From an uncultured Chloroflexia bacterium (GTDB taxonomy: Bacteria > Chloroflexota > Limnocylindria > Limnocylindrales > CSP1-4), in assembly GCA_963706695.1 (NCBI GenBank), contig CAVPNC010000005.1, forward strand, positions 20,369 through 84,368: DNA of 64,000 bases, given 5' to 3'. A model generated the notes under the pieces. The model did not search any database. It was given only the letters and a program-made list of their open reading frames with translations, and was not told the DNA's origin. The position numbers and the translations under genes were made by a program. Shown one piece after another: positions 50,231 to 60,275 of the stretch; positions within the stretch are counted from its first letter, which is position 1, and each line of letters opens with the position of its first letter.

Positions 50231-51144
50231 CCACGACCGACGGCGCAGCCCCCATCAGGACCGAGGGGCTGACCAAGCACTACGGCAACGTGAAGGCGCT
50301 TGTCGAGCTGGACCTTGAAGTCCAGCGCGGTGAGGTCTTCGGGTTCCTGGGACCCAACGGCGCGGGCAAGACCACGACCATCCGCAGCCTGCTGCACTTC
50401 CTGTTCCCGACCGCGGGGTCGGCCAGCGTGCTCGGCCTTGACGTGGCCACGCACGCGGTGGAGGTGCGCAGTCGCGTGGCCTACGTGCCCTCGGAGTACT
50501 CGCTCTATCCCAAGCTGACCGGCGCCGAGAACCTGACCTACCTGGCCAACCTGCGCGGCGGCGTCGACACCGACTACGTCAACGAGCTGGCCGAGCGCCT
50601 GGAGGTCGACCTCACGCGCAAGGTGGGCGACCTCTCGACCGGCAACAAGCAGAAGGTCGGACTCATCCAGGGCTTCATGGGCAAGGCAGAGCTGGTCATC
50701 CTCGACGAGCCCAGCACGGGTCTCGATCCGCTCATGCAGCAGGAGCTGCAGGCGATGATCCGCGAGGTCCGCGAGGACGGCCGGACCGTCTTCCTGTCGA
50801 GCCACAGCCTGGCCGAGGTCGAGCGCGTGGCCGACCGCGTCGGCATCCTGCGCCACGGCCACCTCGTGGTCGTGGAGCCGCTGGACACGCTCAAGCGCAA
50901 GGCCATCCGCCGCATCGATCTCGAGTTCGACGAGCCGGTGGCAGCCTCCGACTTCGAGGATATCGCCGGCGTCCACTCGGCCGAGACACGCGGCAACAGC
51001 GTGGTCGTTTCGTTCGAGGGCTCGGTCAACGCCCTGCTGCGTGTGGCGCTCGACCACAACGTGGTCAACCTCAACAGCCGCGAGGCCGACCTGGAGCAGA
51101 TCTTCCTGACCTACTACACGAACGGTGGCCCCGATGTTGCGTAA
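50227..51144 (+). CDS. ABC-2-type exporter ATP-binding protein
   Basis: Walker A GPNGAGKTT, signature LSTGNKQK, Walker B LILDEPSTGLD. Confidence 0.9.
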   Translation: MTTTDGAAPIRTEGLTKHYGNVKALVELDLEVQRGEVFGFLGPNGAGKTTTIRSLLHFLFPTAGSASVLGLDVATHAVEVRSRVAYVPSEYSLYPKLTGAENLTYLANLRGGVDTDYVNELAERLEVDLTRKVGDLSTGNKQKVGLIQGFMGKAELVILDEPSTGLDPLMQQELQAMIREVREDGRTVFLSSHSLAEVERVADRVGILRHGHLVVVEPLDTLKRKAIRRIDLEFDEPVAASDFEDIAGVHSAETRGNSVVVSFEGSVNALLRVALDHNVVNLNSREADLEQIFLTYYTNGGPDVA

Positions 51145-51934
51145 CCGTCTTCTCGGGAGCGTCTTCACCAAGGCCATTCGCGACTGGCTGATGTGGACCA
51201 CCATCGCGGTGGTGGCGCTGTGGCTGCTGGGGGCCATGTACGTGGCCATCATGAGCACGTCCGGCGAGGCCTACGTGACCATGCTCGACGACTTCCCCGA
51301 GGCGCTCGCCAACATCTACGGAGCGCAGAACGGCACCGCGGCCGGCATGGCCCTCGCGGGCATGTACTCGCTGATGGGACCGTTGGTGCTGCTGGCCTAC
51401 GCCATCGGCCTGGGCGCCAGCGCGGCCGTCGGAGAGGAAGAGGCCAGGACGCTGCCCATCCTGCTCTCGAGCCCGCTGCGCCGCCGTTCGATCCTGGTCG
51501 CCAAGACCGTCGTCGCGGCCATCGGCGTGATCGTCATCACGGCTGGCATGTGGCTGGGCATCGAGGTCTCCGCGACCGCCTTCGGCCTCGACATCTCCGA
51601 GCAAGACCAGCTCTCATCCGCCATCCAGCTGGTGGGCATGGTCCTGCTCTTCGGCGCCGTCTCGCTGGGGGTCAGTGCCTGGCGCGGTTCGTCGGCCCTG
51701 GGCATCGGCGTCGCCGCCGGCCTGGCCCTGCTGTCCTACTTCCTGACCACGATGCTGCCGGTGGTGGAAGAGCTCGCCGACCTCGCGCGACTCACGCCCT
51801 GGTACCTCTACTCCGGGGCCGAGGCGCTCTACAAGGGGCTCGACCCGGTGCTGCTGGCCATCGCCGTGGCCATCGCAGCCGTCTTCTTCGGCGTGGGGGC
51901 CTACACCCTCGACCGCCGGGACCTGAAGGGATAG
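51134..51934 (+). CDS. ABC-2 family transporter permease
   Basis: Six-TM profile. Overlaps the ATPase gene. ATG 51134 or GTG 51125. Confidence 0.7.
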   Translation: MLRNRLLGSVFTKAIRDWLMWTTIAVVALWLLGAMYVAIMSTSGEAYVTMLDDFPEALANIYGAQNGTAAGMALAGMYSLMGPLVLLAYAIGLGASAAVGEEEARTLPILLSSPLRRRSILVAKTVVAAIGVIVITAGMWLGIEVSATAFGLDISEQDQLSSAIQLVGMVLLFGAVSLGVSAWRGSSALGIGVAAGLALLSYFLTTMLPVVEELADLARLTPWYLYSGAEALYKGLDPVLLAIAVAIAAVFFGVGAYTLDRRDLKG

Positions 51935-51938
51935 TCCG

Positions 51939-52778
51939 ATGACCTCTGCCACCATCACGGGCGTACGCGGTTGGCAGCGCTTCGCCCTCACCAACACGCT
52001 GACCAAGGCCATCGCTGATCGCATGCTCCTGACCGTCATCGCGGGCGTGGCCATGGGCGCCATGAACCTGCTCATGGGCCCGATGTATCTCGCGCTCGAG
52101 GACGTCCTCGCGGAGATGCTGACGCAGATGCCGGAGGAGATCTTCGCCATCGCCGGGGGTGTCGACATGGCCACGCCCTCCGGCTGGTACACCGGCGAGA
52201 TGTACTCGATCATGGTGCCCTTCGTGCTCATGTTCGTGGCCGCCTCCTCTGCCGCCCGCGCGTTCGGCGGGGAGATGGAGCAGGGCACGATCGGCCTGGT
52301 GATGTCCACGCCTACCCGGCGGACCCGCATCGCCGTCGACAAGGCCCTGGCCATGGTCGTCCACGTGCTCATCGCCTCGGGGCTCATGGCCCTGGGCACC
52401 TACGTGGGCATCCTCGTGGCCGGCATCGACGTCAGCCTCGCCGACGTCCTGTCCATCCACTTGATGGTGACCCTGCTCTCCATCTTCGTCGGTGGCATCG
52501 CCATGGTCGTCTCGATCATCAGCGGCCGCGGCGTGATGGCCATCCTGGTGGCCATGCTGGTGGGCGTGGTGATGTACGCCTGGTCCAGCTTCCTGCCGAT
52601 GGCCAGCTCCGAGCTGCTCGGCGACCTCGCCTGGCTCTCACCCTGGCACCAGTTCATCGCCACCGACCCCATGGGTAGCGGCGTGGACTGGGGCTCGGCT
52701 GCACTGCTGGCGGTGCTGGCGATCGTGCCGGTCGTGGCCAGCATCTACCTCTTCAAGCGGCGCGATATCGCCGCCTAG
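51939..52778 (+). CDS. ABC-2 family transporter permease (second subunit)
   Basis: 279-aa, six-TM profile. Starts 5 nt after the preceding permease. Confidence 0.7.
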   Translation: MTSATITGVRGWQRFALTNTLTKAIADRMLLTVIAGVAMGAMNLLMGPMYLALEDVLAEMLTQMPEEIFAIAGGVDMATPSGWYTGEMYSIMVPFVLMFVAASSAARAFGGEMEQGTIGLVMSTPTRRTRIAVDKALAMVVHVLIASGLMALGTYVGILVAGIDVSLADVLSIHLMVTLLSIFVGGIAMVVSIISGRGVMAILVAMLVGVVMYAWSSFLPMASSELLGDLAWLSPWHQFIATDPMGSGVDWGSAALLAVLAIVPVVASIYLFKRRDIAA

Positions 52779-52863
52779 CCTCGTCATCCTGCGACGGCGG
52801 CCGGCCCATCCGGGGTCGGCCGTCGTTCATGTTGCGGGCGAGGGCAGGCCGGTTCGGAGGGCC

Positions 52864-53554
52864 TCAGGTCGGCTCTCGCCGCTCGTACCACCAGCTGGCC
52901 AGCAGCGCCACACTGACCGCGCAGGCCGCGCCGATGGTCACCCCGGCCAGCGTATCGCTCAGCCAGTGGGCGCGGAGGTAGACGCGGCTGGCGGCCATGC
53001 CGAGGGCGTAGCCGACGGCCACCACCAGCCAGACGTGGCGCCTTGGACCGGCAGGCACGAAGACGAGCACGAGCGTGATGGCCAGGACGGCAGCGGTCAA
53101 CGAGTGCCCGGAGGCGAAGGAGAACGAACCCTCCTCCAGCAGGCCCACCGGCGGGCGGGACCGTTCGTAGGCGTTCTTGATGAGCACGTTCAGAGCCTCT
53201 GCCAGGCCGACCGCCCCGAGCCAGACCGCCAATCCTGGGCCTCGCCGTTGCCAGGCGAGCACCACCGATACCAGCACCACCACGATGCCGCTGGCGACCG
53301 TGCCGCCGACCGTTCGCAGGAGCGTGGCCGCTGACACCAGCAGGTCCTGCTCGATGGACACGACCCATGCGGTCACGCCGTCATCGACCTGCTGGACCGA
53401 TGTCGGCCAGGGGCGGCAGCGCCAGCATGGTCAGCCAGAGCAGGGCCAGCAGCCACAACACCAGCGCCCACCGGCGCGACGCGGGCGAATCGCAGTCGAG
53501 CGGCGGCCCTGGCCTCTCCTCGACCGCAGGCGGCCGGGGTACGACTGTGCTCAC
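52864..53554 (-). pseudogene. PAP2-family phosphatase, probably with one frame break near the N-terminus (or sequencing error)
   Basis: PAP2 motifs KNAYERSRPP, SGHS and SRVYLRAHWLSD are in the frame of ORF 52864..53376. A TM-containing N-terminal segment starts at GTG 53554, 9 nt after AGGAGGG, in another frame, and ends at a TGA about 53385. The total length is not a multiple of 3. Confidence 0.6.
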
Positions 53555-53584
53555 GTCGGCCGACCCTCCTGCTGTCCGAGCGGC

Positions 53585-54385
53585 CTACTCCTGGCGATTG
53601 AACGCCCAGATGGCCGCGCTCAGGGCGATGGCGCTCATGGCGGCTACGACGAGCACGTCCTGGGCCATGGTAAAGGTGTGACCGCCGACGGTCACACCCA
53701 GCCCCAGGGCGCTGGCCTCGGGCCCAAGGAAGACCTGGCGTACGGCATCGACGCCGTACGTGAGCGGGTTGACCTTGCTGATGACCTCCATCCAGACCGG
53801 CACGTTGTTGACCGGAAAGAACACACCAGCGAGGAAGATGAGCGGGAAGATGATGATCTGCATCATCGTCTGGAAGCCCTGTTGCGAGCGCATGAAGGAG
53901 GCCAGGAAGATGCCCAGCCCGGCCAGTCCCAGGGACAGGATGATGATCATGGGGATCAGCCCCAGGATGATCCGAAGGTTCAGCTCCACGCCCAGCAGGG
54001 GCGCCAGGACCAGCATCAGGGCCACCTGGATGGACGCCTGGAAGGTGGCCCCGATGGCCTTGCCCAGCACGATGCCCGTGCGGGAGATGGGTGCCACCAG
54101 GATCTCTCGCAGGAAGCCGTACTCGCGGTCCCACACGACCGAGATGCCCGCGAACAACGACGTCGTGAGCACGGTGATGGCGATGATGCCCGGGTACATG
54201 AACTGGAGGTAGTCGATGCCCGGAGCCATGCCGCCGATGACGTTGGTGAAGCCCGCGCCGAAGACGATGAGCAGGAGCAAGGGCATGGCCAGCGAGCTGA
54301 CGATACGGGAGCGCTCGGTGATGTAGCGCAGGACCTCGCGGTAGGCGACGACCCATGTGCCGCGCAGGGTCTCTGAGTGCATCAT
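53585..54385 (-). CDS. ABC-2-type exporter permease
   Basis: 266 aa with six TM segments. Typical N-terminus WVVAYREVLRYIT.RSRI. Confidence 0.8.
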   Translation of the reverse strand: MMHSETLRGTWVVAYREVLRYITERSRIVSSLAMPLLLLIVFGAGFTNVIGGMAPGIDYLQFMYPGIIAITVLTTSLFAGISVVWDREYGFLREILVAPISRTGIVLGKAIGATFQASIQVALMLVLAPLLGVELNLRIILGLIPMIIILSLGLAGLGIFLASFMRSQQGFQTMMQIIIFPLIFLAGVFFPVNNVPVWMEVISKVNPLTYGVDAVRQVFLGPEASALGLGVTVGGHTFTMAQDVLVVAAMSAIALSAAIWAFNRQE

Positions 54386-55380
54386 CAGTGTCGGGGCCCC
54401 CGACCCATGTTCTGGATCATCTGGGCGTGCTCGCTGACCTCCTCGTCACGGATCTCGTGGCCGGTGACCTCGAGGAAGACGTCGTCGAGCGTGGGCTTGC
54501 GCAGCCCGATGGAGGTGATGGGCTGGCTGAAGCCGCGCACGAACTCGGGCAGGAAGGCCTCGCCGCCATCGACGTGGAAGGTGAGCGTGTCGTGGTCCCT
54601 GATGACCTCCAACCCGAAGCGTTCCCCGATCTCGGCGGCAGCAGCGTCGGGGTCCTCGGCGCCGACGGTCACGAGGTCGCCGCCGACCATGGCCTTGAGC
54701 CCGGTGGGCGTGTCCAGCGCCTGGATCTCGCCGTGGTCGATGACCGCGATGCGATCGGCGTTCTCCGCCTCATCCATGTAGTGCGTGGTGAGGAAGATGG
54801 TCAGGTTCTCGCGCTGGCGCAGATCGAGCAGGTAGTTCCAGATGCTGCGCCGCGTCTGTGGATCCAGACCCAGGGTGGGCTCGTCAAGGAAGAGCACGCG
54901 TGGATGGTGAAGCAGCCCACGGGCGATCTCGAGCCGCCGCTTCATGCCGCCCGAGTAGGTGCGCACGGGCGACTTGCGACGATCCCACAGTTCGACCATC
55001 TCGAGCAGCTCACGCATGCGCTGGTCGCGCAGGTCCTTGGGGATGGCGTAGGCGTAGGCGTGGAAGCGCAGGTTCTGCTCGGCAGTGAGGTACTCGTCGA
55101 GCGTGGGCTGCTGGAAGACCAGGCCGATCGAGCGGCGCACGTCGCTGCGGTCCTGCTCCACGTCGAAGCCGTTGAGCCTGGCCGAGCCGGCGGTGGGGCG
55201 CAGGAGCGTGCAGAGCATGTTGATGGTGGTGGACTTGCCGGCGCCGTTGGGGCCGAGGAAGCCGAAGATCTCGCCCTCGCGGATCTCGAACGAGACGCCC
55301 TTGACGGCTTCGATCTCGCCGAAGCTGCGGGCGAGGTCCTTGACCTCGACCATGGCAGCCGATGGCGACTGGGCGCTCAT
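54385..55380 (-). CDS. ABC exporter ATP-binding protein (DrrA-like)
   Basis: Walker A GPNGAGKST, signature YSGGMKRR, Walker B LFLDEPTLGLD. Confidence 0.9.
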   Translation of the reverse strand: MSAQSPSAAMVEVKDLARSFGEIEAVKGVSFEIREGEIFGFLGPNGAGKSTTINMLCTLLRPTAGSARLNGFDVEQDRSDVRRSIGLVFQQPTLDEYLTAEQNLRFHAYAYAIPKDLRDQRMRELLEMVELWDRRKSPVRTYSGGMKRRLEIARGLLHHPRVLFLDEPTLGLDPQTRRSIWNYLLDLRQRENLTIFLTTHYMDEAENADRIAVIDHGEIQALDTPTGLKAMVGGDLVTVGAEDPDAAAAEIGERFGLEVIRDHDTLTFHVDGGEAFLPEFVRGFSQPITSIGLRKPTLDDVFLEVTGHEIRDEEVSEHAQMIQNMGRGPRH

Positions 55381-55904
55381 GCGCTACCTCCGTGGTGGTG
55401 AAGGGAACCGGATGCCGGGCGCAGGCCGAGCTCGCCGGCCGCATCGAGCATGTCTGCCAGCCCGGCCTCCAGGGCGGTGCGCCCCTCCGGGGTCATGGTC
55501 GCGATCAGGCGCTCGAAGCGCTCGTGGAAGCGGTTCTCCAGCTGTTCGGTGACGCCCGCGCCGGCAGGCGTGGCCACGAGCAGGACACGGCGCCGATCGC
55601 CTGGGTCCGCTCGACGCTCGAGGTGGCCCGAGCGCACGAGTCGATCCGCCAGCGAGGAGGTGCTGGCAAGGCTCGCGCCGGTCGCCTCCGCGAGTCGTCC
55701 GACCGAGACCGGGCCGGTCTTCGCCACCACGAACAGGGCCCGCAGCTGGTGGCGCGGGAGGTCGATGTCGACGAGGTCCTCGGCCGACGGACCGAGGACG
55801 CTGCGCAGCTGGTGCATCAGCTGGCCCAGGCGTCCGACGTCGCTCACGGCTCCGGCTCCGCTCGGGGCGTTGTGCTCAACGTGATGTAGATAATCAGGCA
55901 TCAC
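55377..55904 (-). CDS. MarR-family transcriptional regulator
   Basis: wHTH region LPRHQLRALFVVAKTGPVSVGRLAEATGASLASTSSLADRLVRSGHLERRADPGDRR. Overlaps the ATPase gene by 4 nt. Confidence 0.8.
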   Translation of the reverse strand: MMPDYLHHVEHNAPSGAGAVSDVGRLGQLMHQLRSVLGPSAEDLVDIDLPRHQLRALFVVAKTGPVSVGRLAEATGASLASTSSLADRLVRSGHLERRADPGDRRRVLLVATPAGAGVTEQLENRFHERFERLIATMTPEGRTALEAGLADMLDAAGELGLRPASGSLHHHGGSA

Positions 55905-55959
55905 CAGATACTCTACACGATGTTGATGATGTTGCAGAGAGCGCCGCGGGCGTGGCTGC

Positions 55960-57261
55960 CTAGAAGGGCGGCTCAGGTGCGGCGTGTGGGGGCTCCTCGT
56001 CAGCGATCAGGCCCGCAGCGGTCTCGCCCCGACGAACCGGCCCGGTCCACCAGAACCAGACGACGACGGTGACGGCCATGGCGCCCAGCATCACGTAGAG
56101 CGTGGGCAGCGGGCCGATGGTGCCGGCCAGCCAGCCCGCGGTCAGGGTCGAGACCGAGGAGATGGCCAGGGCCAGCCCGAAGTCGACCGCGAAGACCCGG
56201 CCACGCACACGATCGGGCGTGGTGCGCTGGAGGCCGAACGACGACAGCGTCCACTGGGCGCCGCCACCGACATGCCCCACGAAGACGAACACGGCCGCAG
56301 CCCAGATGACCGGTGAGAGCGGCAGCAGCGCGTAGCCCACGAGGTAGACCACGAAGGCCAGGCTGATGCCGCGCAGCAGCCGGCTCATGTCGTCCACGGC
56401 GAAGGTACGGGCCAGGAAGGGACCCACGAGCGCACCCAGGCCGCGCGCCGCGAAGAGGAGGCCCACGCCAAGCTGGCCTGCGCCCCAGATGTCATCACTG
56501 GTGATCGCCAGCATGTGCACGATGCCCGTGGCCACGCCGAAGGTCGGCTTGGTCAGCAGCAGGGAGGCCACGGCGTGGTCCCGGCGGGCGAGCGCGATCG
56601 TCACGGTCACGGTGGAGACCAGGCCGCTGAGGCCGCGGGGAGCGTCCTCTGGTGCGCCGGCGTGCTCCTCCCGCATGGAGCGCCGGACCGACCACACCAA
56701 CGCAGCCGAGACGAAGAAGAGGACCGGATACATGAGAAAGGTGAGCTCGCGGCCGACCGTGGCCGCCACCAGCCCGCCGAGGGCTGCGCCAAAGGCCACC
56801 ATCGTGCCCCAGGCCGAGCCGATGAGGGCATTGGCCGTCGGCAGGTCCTCTCGATCCACGAGGTTGGGCAGGGAGGCGCTGACGGTGGGCTCGAAGAAGG
56901 CCGCTCCGAAGGCCAGCAGGGCCACCACGGCGAAGGCGATCCAGACGGTGTCGGCATCGACCGCGAAGAGCAGCCCGATGCAGATGAAGCCGCGCGCGAG
57001 GTTGGCGCCGGCGAGCATGAGGCGCCGGTCGAAGCGGTCCGCCAGCATGCCCGCGATGGGCGTGGCCACGAGGAAGGGGGCCATCTGCAGGACCAGGATG
57101 ACCGAGGCTGCCGCGGTCGAGTCGGTCGTCTCGAGGACCAGGTCGATGAGCGCGACCGTGGCGAACCAGTCCGCCGCGAAGGCGATGAGCAGGGCCAGGT
57201 AGAGGCGTGAGAAGTCGGGGTTGCGACGCAGCAACCCAACGACCGAGTGGATCCGGTGCAT
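55960..57261 (-). CDS. MFS transporter
   Basis: 433 aa, about 12 TM. MFS loop motif GMLADRFDRR. Confidence 0.85.
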   Translation of the reverse strand: MHRIHSVVGLLRRNPDFSRLYLALLIAFAADWFATVALIDLVLETTDSTAAASVILVLQMAPFLVATPIAGMLADRFDRRLMLAGANLARGFICIGLLFAVDADTVWIAFAVVALLAFGAAFFEPTVSASLPNLVDREDLPTANALIGSAWGTMVAFGAALGGLVAATVGRELTFLMYPVLFFVSAALVWSVRRSMREEHAGAPEDAPRGLSGLVSTVTVTIALARRDHAVASLLLTKPTFGVATGIVHMLAITSDDIWGAGQLGVGLLFAARGLGALVGPFLARTFAVDDMSRLLRGISLAFVVYLVGYALLPLSPVIWAAAVFVFVGHVGGGAQWTLSSFGLQRTTPDRVRGRVFAVDFGLALAISSVSTLTAGWLAGTIGPLPTLYVMLGAMAVTVVVWFWWTGPVRRGETAAGLIADEEPPHAAPEPPF

Positions 57262-57321
57262 TCGCGATCCAGTCTAGGCATCGGCGCGCGCCCGGCACCG
57301 GTCGTGGCACACTCGGGTCCG

Positions 57322-58176
57322 ATGAACATCAAGCGACGCGTCCGACGCCTCATCCGACCCAAGCCGCCCAGCGACGCGCCCAACGCCACCGGCCGGGCCC
57401 GCAGCGGGGCCGGCGCCCCACCGCCACCGCTGAAGGATGGCTGGACGACGGGCCCGCCCGACTACATCGGGATCGGCGTGCAGAAGGCCGGCACCACCCG
57501 TTGGTGGAAGCTCATCGTCAAGCACCCCCAGGTCGTGGGCTGGCAGCTCAAGGAGACGCACCAGCTGAGCCGGTTCGGCTGGCGACCGCTCTTCGACGCG
57601 GACCGCGAGACCTACTACCGCTACTTCCCTCGCCCCGAGGGCAAGCTCGTGGGCGAGTGGACGCCGCGCTACATGAACGTGCCGGGCGTCGTCGAACCCA
57701 TGAAGACGCTCGCGCCGGAGGCCAAGCTGCTGGTGCTGCTACGCGACCCGGTCGAGCGCTACCGCTCGGGTGTGGGCCAGTGGCAGAAGCACAAGGAACG
57801 CCGCGGCAAGCGGCTCAACCTGTGGGCCGGCCGCAAGGATGCCTACGCGCGTTCGTTCTACGGCTTCGCGCTGCGACCGTACGTGGAAGCCTTCGGGCTG
57901 GAGCGGATGCTCATCCTGCAGTTCGAGCAGTGCCTCCAGGACCCTGCCGGCGAGTACCAGCGCACGCTCGAGTTCCTGGAGCTCCCGGCCTGGGTTCCGC
58001 CGCCCGAGGTCCTGGGCAAGGCCTACAACGTCTCGACCAGGCGGCCCTCCCCTGCCGCGCTCGATGAGCCGCCCGACCTGGTCGAGTCGCTCGAGGGCGA
58101 CGTCCGAGAGCTGCTCACCTTCGCCCCGGACATCGACCTCTCGCTCTGGCCCAACTTCCGCCACCTCGCACGGTAG
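57322..58176 (+). CDS. sulfotransferase-family protein (paralog 3)
   Basis: ATG 57322. GVQKAGTTRWW and LLRDPVERYRSG motifs. Same GW-x-x-GPPDY-x-G-x-G head and DLSLWP tail as the two paralogs at 37.6-39.2 kb. Confidence 0.8.
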   Translation: MNIKRRVRRLIRPKPPSDAPNATGRARSGAGAPPPPLKDGWTTGPPDYIGIGVQKAGTTRWWKLIVKHPQVVGWQLKETHQLSRFGWRPLFDADRETYYRYFPRPEGKLVGEWTPRYMNVPGVVEPMKTLAPEAKLLVLLRDPVERYRSGVGQWQKHKERRGKRLNLWAGRKDAYARSFYGFALRPYVEAFGLERMLILQFEQCLQDPAGEYQRTLEFLELPAWVPPPEVLGKAYNVSTRRPSPAALDEPPDLVESLEGDVRELLTFAPDIDLSLWPNFRHLAR

Positions 58177-58261
58177 CCGCGGCGATACGAGAACGACGGC
58201 CCGTCCGGTGAGGACGAGCCGTCGCAAGATGCATGTGCTGCCGGCTCGAGGCCGGTCCTGA

Positions 58262-59458
58262 CTACGGGGTGATCTTCACCAGCGCGCCGCCACCGGGACC
58301 CATGATGGTGCCCGTGGACACGTACACGGCGCCGTCTTCATCGACGGCCAGGCCACCAAGGGCCATCAGCTGCTCGCCGGTGGCGAGCATCGTCGGGCTC
58401 ACCGCCGCCCGGAGGAACGCTCATGACCGCACCGATGGGTGGGGTGTCGCCGCCAGCGAACACCGTCATGAGGCCGTCGTGGACCATCTCGGCCACGTAG
58501 AGCGTGCCGTCAGGGGCGAAGCCCAGGCCCATGATGTTGGTGAAGCCGGTGGCGTACTGGGTCTGTTCGCCATCAGCCAGACGCCACACCGATGCGCCGC
58601 CGACCGGGAACGGACCACCGGTCAGCTCGCCGACGTAGAGCGCACCGTCGGGGCCGACGGTCAGCGACGTGGGCACGGCCTCGCACAGGGATCGGGCACC
58701 ATGGCGTCAGCCGGCGGCGCCTCGCCATCCGTGGGCGGAAGCTCACCCTCGCCTTCCGGCGGCGGCCCCATGGCCGCGAGGTCTGCGCCTGAGAACTCGT
58801 GGACCGTAGGACCGAGCACGCCGAGCAGCGTGACGCTGCCGTCGTCGCCCACGAGCAGCACGTCGTTGGCGCCCGCGTCGGCCACCGCGATGCCGCCCTC
58901 GGTGGCCACGATCCCGTAGGGATTGGAGTCGACCGCGCCGCCCAGCTCGGCGTCGGGGTCGTTGGCGCTCTCGAAGGCAGCGACATCCGCCACAGGCTCG
59001 ACCGAGCCGTCAGGACCTACCTGCATGCAGCCATCCACTGGTAGGCGAGGTCCTCAGGCAGCTCGGCGCGCGAGGCCGGGTCGCGCCCAGGTTCATGATC
59101 AGGTAGAGCGAACCATCGGCGCCGATGGCCAAGTCGGAGACCCCGCCAGCCTCGGGACCGGCGGCAGTCGACGGCAGGCCCTCGATGATCCGCTCGAGGC
59201 CATCGGCGAGACCCGCAGCGACGGCGCCGGTGGGCCCGAAGCAGCGGGGCCCCTTCGCCTTCACCGAGGCAGGTCGTCACCGCCGACGCCGGCCTCGACC
59301 ACGTAGACACCGTCGGCGGCGACCTTCACGCCGCGAGGGTTGTTCAAGCCCTCGGCAAGTACCTCGATCTGTGGATCCTGGGCGAGCGCCGGCGCGGCAA
59401 GCGCAACGGTCAGGAGTGCGGTGCCGAGCGCGGCGGCATAGCTGCGGGGAATCGTCAA
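58262..59458 (-). pseudogene. secreted beta-propeller protein (NHL / ScyD-ScyE-like) broken into at least five frames
   Basis: TTG 59458 follows GAGGAG, then a signal peptide. The conceptual protein (LNNPRGVKVAADGVYVVEAGVGG... CFGPTGAV... DGSLYLIMNLG... VGPDGSVEP... IAVADAGANDVLLV... TVGPDGALYVGELTGG... FAPDGTLYVAEM... DEDGAVYVSTG) can only be read by switching frame near 59262, 59085, 59035, 58685 and 58400. Confidence 0.6.
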
Positions 59459-59579
59459 CGTGCTCTCCTCGAGCTGAGACGACCGACCCCCCAGGGGATC
59501 CTCACCCTCCTCGTTACCGGTCAGCCTGAAGTTATACCGCACGGCTACCCAAAAGTCAGCCCCAGAACGGCGCTCCAGC

Positions 59580-60275
59580 TCAGCCGCGCCGGGCAGCCCT
59601 CCCGGCCTCTGCGAGGACCTCATCGAGCATGGCCGTCGTAAGGCGGCCCGTGAAGGTGTTCTGCTGGCTGGGGTGATAGCAGCCCACGAGCGTGTAGGGG
59701 CCCACCTGCGCCTGCGCGCCGTGCCCGAACCTGGGCTTGGGCCTGATCCGGTGGCCGTCGCCCGCGAGCACGCGCACGATGGCATCCCAGGCGTAGCCTC
59801 CCAGGACGAGCACCACCCGCAGGCGCGTGAGCAGGCGCAGCTCGCGTACGAGGAAGGGCGTGCAGGCGTCGCGCTCCTCGACCGTGGGCTTGTTGGCTGG
59901 CGGTGCACAGCGGTTCACGGCCGCGATGTAGCAGTCGCGCAGTCGAAGGTCGTCCGCGGGACCCAGGGAGCGGGGACGGGTCGAGTAGCCCGCTCGATAG
60001 AGCGCCTCGTAGAGGATCTCACCGGAGCCGCCCGGGCTGTCGCCGGTGAACACGCGACCGCTGCGATTAGCACCATGAGCGGCCGGCGCCAGACCCAGCA
60101 CCAGCAGCCGCGCCCGGGGGTCCCCGAACCCAGGCACCGGGCGGCCCCAATAGACCGAATCGCGGTACCGCGCAACCTTGGTGCGGGCGACGTCCTCACG
60201 CCACGCGACGAGGCGTGGGCAGCGGCGACAGGTGGTGATGTCAGCGACGAGATCGCCCAGGCGATCGCCGCTCAT
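59580..60275 (-). CDS. uracil-DNA glycosylase, family 5 (UdgB-like)
   Basis: ATG 60275. N-terminal Cys pair CRRCPRL, motif A GLAPAAHGANRSGRVFTGD, C-terminal HPSQQN. The frame is intact throughout. Confidence 0.8.
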   Translation of the reverse strand: MSGDRLGDLVADITTCRRCPRLVAWREDVARTKVARYRDSVYWGRPVPGFGDPRARLLVLGLAPAAHGANRSGRVFTGDSPGGSGEILYEALYRAGYSTRPRSLGPADDLRLRDCYIAAVNRCAPPANKPTVEERDACTPFLVRELRLLTRLRVVLVLGGYAWDAIVRVLAGDGHRIRPKPRFGHGAQAQVGPYTLVGCYHPSQQNTFTGRLTTAMLDEVLAEAGRAARRG